Below are positions 1 through 12,830 of a stretch of DNA of 64,000 nt, piece by piece (the first letter of the stretch is position 1; each line of letters starts with the position of its first letter). The stretch is from Octopus sinensis (lineage: Eukaryota): NCBI RefSeq assembly GCF_006345805.1, contig NC_043005.1, positions 4,712,001-4,776,000 on the forward strand, read 5' to 3'. The translations under genes were made by a program, and so were the position numbers. The notes under the pieces were generated by a model, which was given only the letters and a program-made list of their open reading frames with translations, made no database searches and was not told the DNA's origin.

Positions 1-462
1 AAAAAGTCACTTCTATTGATTTTTTAATGGCTTTGCAGGGTGACTGGGGAAATGTAACGATGTGCACGACCACCCTTGGATGGTTTTGAATGACCATAGA
101 AAGTGTGAGCCCTCTAACTGAAAAATTGTGGATCTGTATAAAGGACACACACAAAGACAGACATTTTGCCGTTTATATATAGAGAGATACATTTAATTAT
201 GCTCTGCATTTTTAGGTGGTCAATATAGCAATCAAGTGGTGGTTATTCAAAAACAGGCAAAGACAAAATTTGCACAAATTTCCGCACATATCCACAGTAA
301 AGAGAGATGGAACACTGATGGGTGAGTAATGATCATCAACAGTAGGACCAGACTCACTTCTCTGGCATTTTGACTACTTTACCAATAAAGAACTGGTAGT
401 TCTAAAGATTTCTAATCCATCCTAGGAACTATTTCACATGAATGGTTGTTTTAATTTTTTAA

Positions 463-898
463 CCCTTTTGTTACCATGGCGCTTTTTAAACCCGCTGCCT
501 TTGTTTCAATAATTTGCTGAAAATAATGAAGAATTTAGTAAAATGAGTTTGTCATTATTAAGCTGGTGACTGAAGGGGAGATAACCACTCTGAAATGCTT
601 GCATCTCACAGTCTGAGTAGATGGCACTGCGAGCTGATTTAGGTGTACTTGCACCATTTGTCTACAGTGAGAAATTTTCTCCCTGACAAAACACAGGGAA
701 TGGCTTGTTTACGGGTTCAAACATGCCACACACATATTTGAACTGGTCATAACATTGCTTAGCACTCCCACTTCATATTAAACTGGTGTTTCAAACAAAT
801 TATCATGGAATTTCGATGAGTTTTAACTGAGATCAGTTTGAAACAAAGTTTATATACTAAAACCAGGGGCAGTCTCAGGAGGGTTGGTCCTGAAAGGG
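463..898. mobile_element. piggyBac-type MITE with nested insertion
   Basis: TTAA|CCCTT...AAGGG|TTAA ends. Related copies occur near 5020-5210, 45520-45648, 51400-51870, 54400-54950 and 56500-56720. Confidence 0.7.
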
Positions 899-1140
899 TT
901 AAGCTGATTAACCCTTAACAATAGCATTGTTTTAACAACTTTTCCATGCTTGCATTGATCAGACAGAGTTCACCCAGGAAGATTCTTTCTATGATCAGAC
1001 GCCCTTCTTGTCACCAACTTTCACCCTTTTCCAAAGATAATATTTCCCCATGGCTAGATGCATTTTTGAAGAATATTAAACCCTGAAACCAAAAGTTTCC
1101 ACACATAAATATTTGAATAAAACAAAATTTGATAACTAAC

Positions 1141-1223
1141 CTTTTTCAATGAAACAACTGAGCTGATAAAATTTCTCAACTGATTTTGAAACGTCTTCAT
1201 CCGTCATTTCACTACATTTCATT
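1141..1223 (-). CDS. USP14: USP14 coding exon 10 (gene continues beyond left edge)
   Basis: ctactag|A ATG AAA TGT...ATT GAA AAA G|gttagt, 83 nt, encoding MKCSEMTDEDVSKSVEKFYQLSCFIEK, which matches USP14 MKC..E....QLSCFI. No later exon was recognised in 1-1140. Confidence 0.92.
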
Positions 1224-1465
1224 CTAGTAGCAGAGTCAAGGACATTTCACAGAAAACAATTGAATATAGACAATGGGTTCAGATTTAGGGAAGAATAACT
1301 ATTGAAATATCTACTATCTTTTGAAAAGACTAAAGATTATGCTGAATAAATATGAAAAAATACAACATTGTATGTGTGTGTGTGTGTATATATTAATGAA
1401 ACCATAATTAAAATAAGGTTTTGGTGTCATGAGGACAGATGGACAATAAACATATTCTGTTGTTC

Positions 1466-1720
1466 ATCATCATCATCTTTGTTTAGCGTTCGCTTTCCAT
1501 GCTGGCATGGGTTGGACGGTGCAACTGGGGTCTGGGAAGCCAGAAGGCTGCACCAGGCTCCAGTCTGATTTGGCAATGTTTCTACAGCTGGATGCCCTTC
1601 CTAATGACAACCACTCCAAGAGTGTAGTGGGTGCTTTTACATGCCACCGGCACAGGTGCCAGACGAAGCTGGCAAACGGCCACAAGCGGATGGTGCTTTT
1701 TACGTGCCACCAGCATCGGT
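1466..1720 (-). repeat. RTE-family 3' tail copy (others near 19000-19440 +, 35947-36360 -, 40263-40445 -, 44284-44346 -, 48449-48760 -)
   Basis: Shared block (CAT)n-gtttaacgtccgctttccatgctagcatgggttggacgg...ctggatgcccttcctaatgcc...gtgggtgctttt. Confidence 0.85.
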
Positions 1721-1782
1721 AATGATTACAATTGAAAAATATATATCCTGGATTAACAATGACAACAGATGTGTGTAGAATA

Positions 1783-1784
1783 TT

Positions 1785-1821
<37 letters not shown>

Positions 1822-1827
1822 ATTGTT

Positions 1828-1871
<44 letters not shown>

Positions 1872-1895
1872 ATATATATGTATGTATATTGTTGG
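1783..1895. repeat. (TA)n/(TATG) microsatellite (others at 2563-2632, 28383-28415, 29880-30290, 32932-33075, 34236-34300)
   Basis: Direct reading of the sequence. Confidence 0.95.
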
Positions 1896-2576
1896 CATTC
1901 TTGGTTTGCAAGATTCTTGATGTGAATTCGTGTGTTGAAAGAAATATTACTGAACCTTGGGAGGGGTATTATGGCCGGTAATAATAAACACATGCACTGT
2001 TTTGGTCCTTTATTGTTATTGTTAGTTAATGGGTGATTAGCCGTTTTTTTATTAGTTTTTCAAACTCATTTGTTAAAACACTTTGCTCAAACAATTAATC
2101 ATTCAAATGTTCAGTATTGTTAATGTTGTCATTGTTCTTTTTTTTTTTGTCTATTTCATCATATTGTTGCAATCTCTTCCGTGACACGTCTCCCTAATTC
2201 CATTTCTTTTGAACTTATGTTATAGCATTGGGATTCATCAGAGATGAGTATGAGTGTGTGTGTATGTCTGCATGTGTCTGTTTATTCATAAGTGTGTGCA
2301 TCCATACGTGTGTTTTTTAAATACTGTCATTTTCCATATGAGATAGCAGTTTTGGCTTTCTTTGTTCCCTTTGCAGATGCACACTTTCATCCATATAACA
2401 TTTCTCTCAAAGACAGTTTAGCTGTCTTCTTTGTTTGATAAATGTTGAATAAATTCATATCTATAATATAATGCATGGCTACCTCAAGAAGATAAAGACC
2501 TTAACAGAGTTTCTTTACTGAGATGGAAGTGGTCAGTGACAACAAGTGGAGCATCAGTTATGTGTGTGTATGTGTG

Positions 2577-2635
<59 letters not shown>

Positions 2636-3562
2636 GATGGTCCAATTTCCTGACTGTGATAAACACACACATGAAAAAGAGTGCTATTAGTGAAAGGGGT
2701 GTTCTGAAAGAACCATCCCTATCATCATCATCTTAACATTCACTTTCCTATGCCTGCATGGACCAAACAGCATCTGTTGAGACAGATTCCTTTGACCTTC
2801 CAGTTGCCAACCCCCATCTGCTTCTTGAGCATAATAATATTTCCCCCAATGGCCAGACATGTCCTTTTATGGGGAAAGTGGCAACGGGCAACATAACCTT
2901 GCACAGCAGTGACACACATTTACAATCATCAGCTGAGATCAAGACAAAAGGGGACACACACACACACACACACACAAAAATGTTTTCCAAAAAGTCTTTA
3001 TTGTTATTTTTGGAAAACATATTTTGGGGGATCCCAAGATAATTTTTGACTCTTCTTTAGCAATGCTACAGCAGTGGTTCTCAACCAGTTTTTTTTCTTC
3101 ATTTCTGAACCCCTTTGATTCCTATTTCATTCTGGTGGACCCCCATAGCCATTCAACATTAAAAAGGAGTTTTATAGATACTTCTTTCACAATTCCTATT
3201 TCATTTTGCACACATTCACTTGCGAAGGTTCACAACAGCATTCTCTGAGAGAACATGTTTCAGTGACCCCCCCAAAAAATTAGGTAAAACATTCAAGAAA
3301 GAAATCTAACTGTTTCTTGCAATAAATACATCTAAAGCAAAATTTTGTTGTGGACCCTTAAAATACTGTGGATTCCTAATTTATTATTTTGTTTGTGTAG
3401 ACCCCAACAAAATTTTATGGGGCCCCAGTGCTATAGTAAAAAATTAGATTTTCATGAAACACAGTTAATTATATTCTGAACACTGGAAATGTTGCTGGGG
3501 TTGGTATCAAAAGGGTTAAAAGGGGCAGCTGAAGAAAATAACAATGAACAAATGTAGGATAC

Positions 3563-3636
3563 ACTACTTCAAATTCACCACCCATAAACAAATCAATAAA
3601 CTTCTTGGAAGAACTCGCCACAGATCCTTCACTGGC
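3563..3636 (-). CDS. USP14: USP14 coding exon 9
   Basis: atttccag|74 nt encoding ASEGSVASSSKKFIDLFMGGEFEV + GT|gtatcctac. The donor is U12-like, and the phase-2 end is the one that keeps frame with exon 10. Confidence 0.88.
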
Positions 3637-6600
3637 CTGGAAATAAAACAAGCAGAACAGAAGTTACCATAAAATAAAGTTTTTTAAAAATTAAACTTAA
3701 AAAATACATAGACTTTAGTATAGAACCAGATTTAAGAGCACTGCACAAAATATTTTGTGGTATTTGTTACGTATCTTGATCATCCGAGTTCAAATCCCAC
3801 ACAGGCTAGCTTTTCCTTTTCAATGTTGTAAAAACAAATAAGTATCAAAGTATTGGAACTGATACAATCAATAGTACTGCTGGAGATAGTGCTCCATCAT
3901 GACCACAGTCCAATGAAACCAGTAAAATAAAGTATCGTCGTTTTATGTCCGATTTCAATGAAGCAGGGACTGGGTCAGTTAGCACCCCCCACTCCCAGTG
4001 AATCTTTATTCAGTGTAGTGGCCTTTATAGGAAAGTCTTATTTAGACAGAATGAGATGATTGGGTGCAGCTGACTGGCACTGAAGGCAAACACACACACA
4101 AATATATACATAGAGATGATGAGAGTAAGAGACAGACGGGCAGACAGAGACGTTACAATTTACTAATTGAACACAACAGACATTAACCCATTCCCTCTCT
4201 TCATATGCATAAAGAGAATTAGGCTGACACACAAAAGGAAACAAAGAGACATTAAAACGGCTGATGTCAAACAAGTCAGCATCAACTCAGTAATGCCAAA
4301 ATGTCTCATACCCCCATTTCATACAATTCCTTTGTTGCTTGGTCCCGACAACAACAGAATGTGTTTCCTAACCCCCAACCACTTTACAGAGTGTACAGCG
4401 TACAATTTATCCCCGTAATAACTGGTACTCTGTCAGTTACAACAACAAGGCTTCCAGATGATCCGATCAACAGAACAACCCACTAGTGAAATTAACATGC
4501 AAGTGGCTGAGTATTCTGCAGACATGCGTACTGTTAACATAGCTCTCAGAATGTGGCAAGGCTGGCCCCGTTTGAATTACTGGTACAACTCATTTTCATC
4601 AGCTAAGTGGTTTGGAACAAAGTGGAATAAAGTGTTGTCAGGAATCGAACACAAGACCTTACGGCCAGGAGTTGAATACCCAAACCACTCAGCCATATGC
4701 CTTCAAGTACATAACACTAAAGAGATTCTCAGACCCTAAACCTGACTAAAGGGTCTTCTCAACTCTACATCTCTGCTCGTTTGCCAATCAATTTTGCAAA
4801 ATTAGCATTAATTACCAATCTCACACAAATGGAGCATGCATATAAGCACACACACACACTCACCTAATATAAAAACACAGATATAAGTCTCTTACAAGCC
4901 TTGTTCAATCAGAATAGCTCAAAGCAGTTGAGCATCATTCAACTTCCAACTACTTTGTGGTATTGAAAACTTACCAAGTTCTCAGGATTAATATCACTAG
5001 CCCTTCTATAAATACTAAACCATTCAACTTCTAGATCTATGATACTACAAACATCTTAATGCGACCTAAATTAAAATCAACCAGTTTTATGTTAATGAGT
5101 GTTCAGAACACCAGCTTAATGGCAATTATTTAACATAATTCTTCGTTATTCTCAAAATTAATTGAAACAAAGACAGTATATTTCAACCGAAATCGGTTAA
5201 GGAAAAGGTCAAAGAACTATTTTAATCAAATGGCTGTTCTCAACATTTGATCATTTTTAAATGAAAATCTCACTGGAACATATTAGAACATAAAATATAC
5301 TGTTGTTGTTCTTTAGCCATGGGTCAACCCTGATCGAGCAGATCTATAATCAAAAGCGTTGCAGTTAGGACCAAACTATCTTCACACATGCAGGGGCCCT
5401 AGCATTTTTTTAAATGGTAAGGTGTAATCTGAGAGAGATCTAGCTGCTATTTTTAACAGGTTGAACAACCAGAGTATCCTTGTTGATTTCATTCACTCTC
5501 AGAGCAAAATTTGGTAGGTTGACCCCATTTCTTTACTATATCCAGTTGGTTTTACACTCATTTTTCCATGCTGGCAATGGTTAGATGAATATATTGTTGA
5601 GGAATTGCTTTACAGTTGGATGCTCTTGCTATTTTTTATCTGTTTTCCAAAGAAGCTCTTATTTCAAACAGCTTTGAAGATGTAACCCGACAATTTGTTG
5701 ACAAGAGAAGTGATGACAATGTCATTGCTCACAGCCTGCAACTTATGTGGAGCACAGACGTAAACAAACACACAAACCTACACACATACATTTGCATGCG
5801 CATGCACACACACATTCACATGTACGAAAGGCTACTTTCAACTTCTGTGTACCACAAATCCACTCACAAGCCTTTTGTCAGCCAGTAGCTGAGTAGAAGG
5901 CACTTGCCGAAGTTACCCTCCACCAGGACTGAACCTAAAACCACAGCATTGGAAAGTGGATTTCTTAACCACACGGCCATGCCTGTGCTTATTGCAATGT
6001 TTAGGTTCCAACAGCAGTTAAAAGAATTCTTAAATGAAAATTAACAGACGTTGTTGCCAGGAATGAGACAAGATAATCCAAAGACACAGTTCTTGGTGAT
6101 GCAACAGTTTAGTAAATATAACAATTACTGTTTTAGTCATTCGGTCACAAAGTTTGAGGGGAGGGGATGAACCAGTTGATGATATCAACCCAAATACTTT
6201 ATCAACTCTGGAAGGACGAGGTCAACTTTGGTGGGGCATGAAGCAAGAATCAAAGGAAACATGGAGAAATACAGCAAACCATCTTAGCTTTTACTCTGCA
6301 GATACCCTCTATCCACCCCGTTTGCCTTTATCAGTTTTAACAGAGGCACATAACCAGAAATTTGAGTAGAGAATAACTAGACCACTCCCATCCCCAATAC
6401 ACGACTGGTACTTATTAACCCCAGTATGGTGCTAAGACTGTCGACAGCTGATAACTATAACAATCTCTTATAGAGACATAATGCCATTAATTTTGGGAAA
6501 GGTGAAGTCAAGTGGTACTTATCTTATAGATCCTGGAATTGGTAAAAGCCAGAGACGGTCCCAGAAGGATGTGAAACCAGGAGTGTAAAGAAATGGAACT

Positions 6601-7187
6601 AAATACTCATTTCTTACATGAACATCATCATCGTTTTAACTTTTACTTTTCCAAGCTTGCATGGGTTGGACAGGAACTTTTGAGGCCGATTTCCTACTGT
6701 TGGGTGCCCTTCCTGTCACTAACCCTCACCTGTTTCCAAGCAAGGTAATATTTCCTCATGGCCTGACATGGTTTTGCAGAATTCTGGAAGTGGCTAACAC
6801 TGCTTCTTTGATAGTGACAATCATTTACAATGGTCACACCATGTTAAGACAAGGAGACACAAAGATATACATACACAAACATATCTGTTTACATATGTAT
6901 GTATGTATAGATTGGTAGATATGTATATACAATGAGCTGCTTTCAGTTTCTGTCTACTAAATCCACTCACAAGGCTCTGGCCAGTCCAGTGCTATAGTAG
7001 CAGACACTTGCCTAAGGTGCCACACAGTGGGACCAAACCTGAAACCCTAAGCTTAAGTATTCCATATAGGCCTAAATATATTCTATAACTTCAAATTATA
7101 ATGTAAATGGTCAAATGGATCCGAGAGACAGTCTTAAAACTAGAAGACAGAAAAGAGCCAGAAAGTATAGCAATGAAGAAAGATTAC

Positions 7188-7268
7188 CTCACTCGGCTGG
7201 TCAACCATACTCTGTGATAAACTTTGTTGCAGGCATCGTACTACTTCAGTCCAACACTCATTTGCATC
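7188..7268 (-). CDS. USP14: USP14 coding exon 8
   Basis: ctccag|81 nt encoding DANECWTEVVRCLQQSLSQSMVDQPSE|gtaatc. Completes the QQDANEC motif. Confidence 0.95.
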
Positions 7269-8599
7269 CTGGAGGAATTAAAACAGATATTATATTAGAA
7301 TTTGTATTCTGCATAGGTTTATACATTCATATATATCATTATCTAACACCAATGTTCCAATCAACCACACACACACACACACACAATCGTTTACTTGCAA
7401 TGGAGTGGTACAGAAACAATTGCAACTAATAACAAAGCTGTACTGTAGTCATTCATCGTCTTCTTACTTGTATCCTTTAATGTACACAGTAAAGAGATAT
7501 GAGGTACCAATAGTTACTTGCTTTGGAGACACAGACCTAGGCAGATTTTTATAACATGCCTTGTGTCTTCAAGCAATCTCCGGGCTCTGAGCACAGGGTC
7601 TATTCAATTTGCAAACTAGAACACTGGTACAAGAGAAAGCACAAAAGAAAACAAGAAAGTAGATACTCCTCCGTTTCTCAAAGCACATTCTAACTGTGCA
7701 CGCTGCCCTTCGGCTCGCTCAAAGCTAACAATATCTTCCTCTTCCAGAAGCCTCAACCCATTTCTATTTGTTACTTTCCCTCCTCAGAATTGAACATCTA
7801 TTTTCAGTTTCACTAGGTTGTCATAAATACAGTCCTTGTAGTGTTTCTTTGGCTTACGTTGTGGTCATTCCCCAATCTATAATTCCTTATAATTGGGCAG
7901 TCTCACACCTGGCATATCTACACGGCAGTAGGGACAGTGACAATGTACTTTAAAAAAAAGGGAGATTAAAAGACAGAAATGCAGTCTTTCTGACTGGAAT
8001 CTCTTGCCATAAACCATACGAAATTACACAGAAATTTGTGAAATCAAGATGTATCTAACAATGAGTTGTCATTTTTATGATGACAACACTTGTGTAAGTA
8101 TGCAGGGAGGAATCTGTTGGAGTAACCCTGGTTTGAAAAAAACACATGAAATTGCAAACAAAGTTCTACAAATAAGTTATAGAAACCCTGTAGAAGTTTT
8201 GAATCTAATGTCACATGTGTGAAGCCTTGTTGATCAACTGCTGGTTTTAAGGGCCACCTCAGAGCTCACAGACAATAGAGATTAATCAGGATAATATCGA
8301 TCAGTGGTTGTCAATCGGGGTCCATATAATACTTTGCTGTCAAAGTTTGTGTGCAATAAATCAATTATACTTCTACACAAAATATTTTAAGAATTTTTGA
8401 AATACAATTCCTAATAATAATTAGAATAGGATTTTTTAAACATCCAATGGGTATGGGAATCCACACAAGTAAAATAAGAATCAAAGAGGTCCATAGGTAA
8501 AAAATAGGTGAGAAACACTGACCTTAGATTAATAGAGATACAAGGAGGTATCCAAAAGAAACTGGAATCTTGCAATATTAATTTATTAACTCAGTTTTA

Positions 8600-9782
8600 C
8601 ATGTTTACATTTTTGTCAGCTTCAAAGAATTCTCCATTCGAAGCAGTGCTGAATGTCTTTTAACGCCTCCGTTATTTTTTGCTTCACCTCTCCCACATCA
8701 GCAAGAGAATAAAAAAAAGTCGCAGAGAGCAAGATGGGGTGAATAGGGAGGGGTGGGTAAGCAGGGGCTGTTCCACACCTAAGGCAGTGTGTGCAGGCGC
8801 ATTGTCATGATGAAGTGACCACTCTCCCCTTTGCCACAGTCGGGCACTTTCGTCTCACTGAGTCTCGCAAACACTTCAGGACTTCCAAGTAAGATGTCTG
8901 GTTAACAGTTTGAGCAGGAGGAACAAATTCTGTGTGGGAAATTCATTTCGCATCGATGAAACAAATCAGCATCATCATGACACTAGATGTCACTCGATGC
9001 ATTTGGGGGTGGGGATGCGTCCACTAATTTTTTCAATAAACACAAAGTATTTCGTTCACTGACTTGATTCCTACTTCATTTCCGGGTCGTAGCCATAGCA
9101 CCAGCTTTCGTCACCAGTGATGACCTTCGGAAAAAGGTCCAGATCAACTTCCAGCTGCTCTTTCAGCTCACAACATGCCTTCACTTGTGACTGCTTTTGA
9201 TCTTCCGTGAGCAGATGAGGCACAAATTTTGCTGCAAATCTTTTCATCCACAATTCCTTGCTCAAAATTCATTGACAAGAGCTCCAAGACACACCAGTCA
9301 TATCAACAAGTTCGTCAATTGTTTGATGACGGTCCTCCAAGATCAGTTCATGAATTTTCATGATGTTTACATTTGTTTGGGAGGTTGATGGTCATCTGAA
9401 CAAGGCTGGTCTTCAAGTAACAACTGACCGTTCCTAAAATCTGAAAACTACTTGTAAACTTGAGTTTTGCACATGGCAGCAACCTTGTGAGTTGTTTTAA
9501 GCAGGACAACTGTTTTGGTCACTGTTTTCCCCAGCAGAAAACAGAATTTCACAGAAGCACACGGTTCCTTTGTTTCAGCCATTGCAAAAATCAACAAACG
9601 GGGGAGACATACTGCAAAAACAAAGACATGCCACATGACAGTACAACCTCACATGCCACCACCAGTTGGCAGACTGATGCCTGAGGGTTGCATCAAGTGG
9701 ATTCTAGCAGCAAAAGTCTGAAATACAACTGGCTTGATCTCCCGGAGAACGTTTCCGGTTACTTTCGGGTACCCTGCTCATA
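8600..9782 (-). mobile_element. Decayed mariner (irritans-like), in USP14 intron 7
   Basis: Fragments MAETKEPCASVKFCFLLGKT..., AAKFVPHLLTEDQK and KVITGDESWCYGYDPE are present, with a TIR-like end TA|tgagcagggtacccgaaagtaaccggaa near 9780. The opposite end is approximate. Confidence 0.8.
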
Positions 9783-9911
9783 CCTATTATTTGTCAAGAG
9801 GAAGTGAACATTTATTTATATACACACACACACAGTGGTATGTCATACAGACAAATATTTCTATACAGCATACAAGCATTTAATTGATAACTTTCAAATA
9901 AGACCACTCAC

Positions 9912-10042
9912 CTGTTGCATGAAAAGACCTTGCTCGCCCTTTTCAGCAAATCTTGGAAAAGTCATTTGCAAGACATTCAGGAAAAATAATGGTGAAATAG
10001 CAGTTGATTGTAAATTCATCAGGTTGAACAGGTCTTGCATTG
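9912..10042 (-). CDS. USP14: USP14 coding exon 7
   Basis: ttcaaag|131 nt encoding (A)MQDLFNLMNLQSTAISPLFFLNVLQMTFPRFAEKGEQGLFMQQ|gtgagt. Contains the conserved FPxFAEKGEQG..QQ motif. Confidence 0.96.
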
Positions 10043-10122
10043 CTTTGAAGAGAGAAGAAACCAATATTGTTACAACACGTATAGCATTATATATATATAT
10101 ATATATATATATTCTTTTACTC

Positions 10123-10500
10123 TTATTTGTTTCAGTCATTTGACTGCGGCCATGCTGGAGCACCGCCTTTAATCGAGCAACTCGACCCCAGGACTTATTC
10201 TTTTGTAAGCCCAGTACTTATTCTATCAGTCTCTTTTGCCGAACCACTAAGTAACGGGGACATAAACACACCAGCATCGGTTGTCAAGCAACGCTAGGGG
10301 GACAAACACAGACACACAAACACGCATATATATATATATACATATATACGACGGGCTTCTTTCAGTTTCCGTCTACCAAATCCACTCACAAGGCATTGGT
10401 CAGCCCGGGGCTATAGCAGAAGACACTTGCCCAAGGTGCCACGCAGTGGGACTGAACTCAGAACCATGTGGTAGGTAAACAAGCTACTTACCACACAGTA
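10123..10500 (-). repeat. tRNA-derived CORE-like SINE (abundant family; best-preserved copy)
   Basis: The minus strand shows tgtggtaagtagcttg...gagttcagtccc (A/B-box-like), ggcaccttgggcaagtgtcttct (CORE-like) and gccttgtgagtggatttggtagacggaaactgaaagaagccc. Decayed copies occur near 5840, 6930, 47365, 47690, 56100, 61160 and 62200. Confidence 0.75.
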
Positions 10501-11405
10501 TCACGTGATCAACCAGACTATCGGATGTTGTAATACGTTGCTGGTCACAATGTGCTCTGCATTGTTTTAGCTTTCAAACGATGTCAGCCTATTGGGCAGG
10601 CAGGCAGGCTGACATTGCCCCTGAACACAATATCAGCTCGTTACAGGGTTGCTCGTTACAGCAGAGTGGACTGGAGCAATGTGAAATGAAGAGTTTTGCT
10701 TAAGAACACAACAGGCAGCTGGCCTGGGAGTTGAAACCACAATCTCGTGACTGTGAGTACAACAATACCAGTTAAACCATTCCTCCTACGTTATCTTCTG
10801 TTATTGTTCACTGTATTTACAAAATATATATATATGTCATCAAACATCCGTCTTCCATGCTGATATGGGATGAACAATTCAAGAGGATCCGACTTGTCGG
10901 AGAACTGCCTCATGCTCCAGTGTCTACCCGGGTATGCTTTCTAAAGCTGGATGCCCTTCTTAATGCCAAACACTTTAAAGATTGTACTGAGTGATTTTTA
11001 CAAAGCACAAGCACTGAAGAGATCACCTTGCAACCTGCAAGAATAAGGGTCCTAAAGTGATCTCTGTAACTAGAAGGGGTTACGAGAAGGGTGTGATGAA
11101 TGATGAGGAAGGGTAAAGAGGAGAGAAACAAATTTGTAGTTATGAGAGAGAGAGAGAGAGAGAGAATATATATATATACATATATCATCATCATCATCAT
11201 CATATATCAATTCAACATGTGAAACCATTAATCCAGACACATTTTCTTTTTCTTCTATGCTTTCTTCCCTCATTCCTTTCCGCCAAAGTGTCTAGGCTTG
11301 AAATGTCAACAACTCTTCCAGTTTTCCTGAGCATCAAACAAATACAACTTGTTTATTGTTTCCTCATCTTTCTCTGTCTTGTTTAATTTTCAACTATTAT
11401 TTTTA

Positions 11406-11732
11406 TAGTTGTTTTGGTTTCCACAACAAGTCCTTTATTTATGAAGTGGATAGTCCTTAAAAGAGGACAAAAAAATCTTTCTTGCTAACAGCTAGGCTGC
11501 ATAATTTACCGTGGCAAACTGTACAATATAACAGTCTGTGCTAACCTAGAAACTTTACTAGAACACACTTGTCTGTTCTAGTAAAGTTTTAGGTTAGCAC
11601 AGATGTTTTATTATACAGTTTGCCATGGTATATTATATACAGCCTAGCTGTTAGCAGGAAAGACTTTTTTTGTCCTCTTTTTAAGGACCATCCACTTCAT
11701 AAATAAAGGACTTGTGGAAACCAAAACAACTA
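11406..11732. repeat. Long foldback (~160-bp arms, ~8-nt loop), in USP14 intron 6
   Basis: 11406-11565 is the approximate reverse complement of 11574-11732 (tagttgttttggtttccac...ctttactagaaca / tgttctagtaaag...gtggaaaccaaaacaacta), with scattered mismatches and small indels. Confidence 0.93.
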
Positions 11733-11757
11733 CACAAATAAAAGAACTATTAAATAC

Positions 11758-11804
11758 CTCGAGTTATTGAATCCGCAGGGGTGGTGTTCCTGTTCCGAGA
11801 ATGA
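11758..11804 (-). CDS. USP14: USP14 coding exon 6
   Basis: cttttag|T CAT TCT CGG AAC AGG AAC ACC ACC CCT GCG GAT TCA ATA ACT CGA G|gtattt, 47 nt. Phases fit both neighbours (AG|T = Ser, G|CA = Ala), giving ...PADSITRAMQDLF. Confidence 0.85.
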
Positions 11805-12469
11805 CTAAAAGAAAGAAAAAAGAACAGAAACATTTAAATGAGCGAATAACATTCACCTAACTTTCTTTCTATGTCTAGTACAACATTGGGACATTTTTTC
11901 TCCTTTCACATATTTTTGTGTTGAAAGTGGTATCAACAAAGAAATAACAGTGTTAATTCATACTTCCAATTTGCCACAAGGTTCCACAGCCTTATTAGAA
12001 ACACAAACCCATCACTGAAAGGATACATAGAACCTATGGAAAACCTGGAAATGTCAACCAATGAACAAACACAAGCACTAAACCCACTCCCACCAACAAC
12101 GATTGCTAATTGTCTCTCATTTATGACTGTGAGGGTTGCAGTCGGTGCAATCAATGGCACAGCCTGTTTGTGAAATTCACATGCAAGGAGCTGAACACTC
12201 CATAGACATGCATACCCTTGTACCCGGGTACAACTCATTTTTGCCATCTTGAGTGGACTGGAACAACAGGAAATAAAGTGTCTCGCTCAAGGGCACAATG
12301 CACCAACGAGAATTGAACTCGTGTCCTTATGATCTTGAGCCAATGACCCTGACCACTAAGCCATACATCTTCACTCAAAGAATATATATATAGATATTCA
12401 ATGGTCAGCTGCTGCTGCTGACATTGTTCTTGGACAAGATGAAAGTTCTAACAGCAGATGGCTTGCCAG

Positions 12470-12830
12470 CAGCCATTGTGCATCTTGACAGCATTCAGAT
12501 TGAGCAGGACTGGGAGTTCAAATATCTTGGCTCAAGAAAGTCGTGTTAAAAGCAGAGATCAACTGCTAAAGTAGGTTTGTGACTTCTGCATTCTCATCCC
12601 TGTGATGGTGTGTCTGTATGAAGCCCAACATCTCCCTAAGGACCAAGATCCCTCTTTTCCACATGCTGGTTCTCCCTGTCCTCCTCTAGAGTGCTGAAAC
12701 CTGGACCGTCCTCAAACAGGACCTAAACAAGCTCGGGGTGTTCCAAATGCAGTGTCTTTGTCATGTCCTTGGTGTCTCTCTCCACAACCAAATCTCAAAC
12801 AACATATACAGGGTGCAGACAGTATTCATT
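12470..12830 (+). mobile_element. Old RTE-like LINE fragment
   Basis: Degenerate frames include FKYLGS and ..RTKIPLFHMLVLPVLL*SAETW..LNKLGVFQMQCL. Confidence 0.6.

Larger units (their letters stand above)
1224..3562 (-). other. USP14: U12-type (minor spliceosome) GT-AG intron, USP14 intron 9
   Basis: The 5' splice site is GTATCCTAC (U12 consensus RTATCCTY). The branch sequence TCCTTGAC lies at 1242-1235, with the branch A 13 nt from the exon, and there is no real polypyrimidine tract before TAG. Confidence 0.9.

Noticed and set aside
1-1140. Further USP14 exons (His box, C-terminus)
   Set aside because: No matching peptide with splice sites was found; the region is MITE and SINE debris, so the remaining exons probably lie outside the window.
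1732-1993. ORFs rich in YI/YIYI or CV/HT repeats (also 2484-2672, 29873-30480, 58288-58617)
   Set aside because: These are translations of (TA)n and (CA)n microsatellites.
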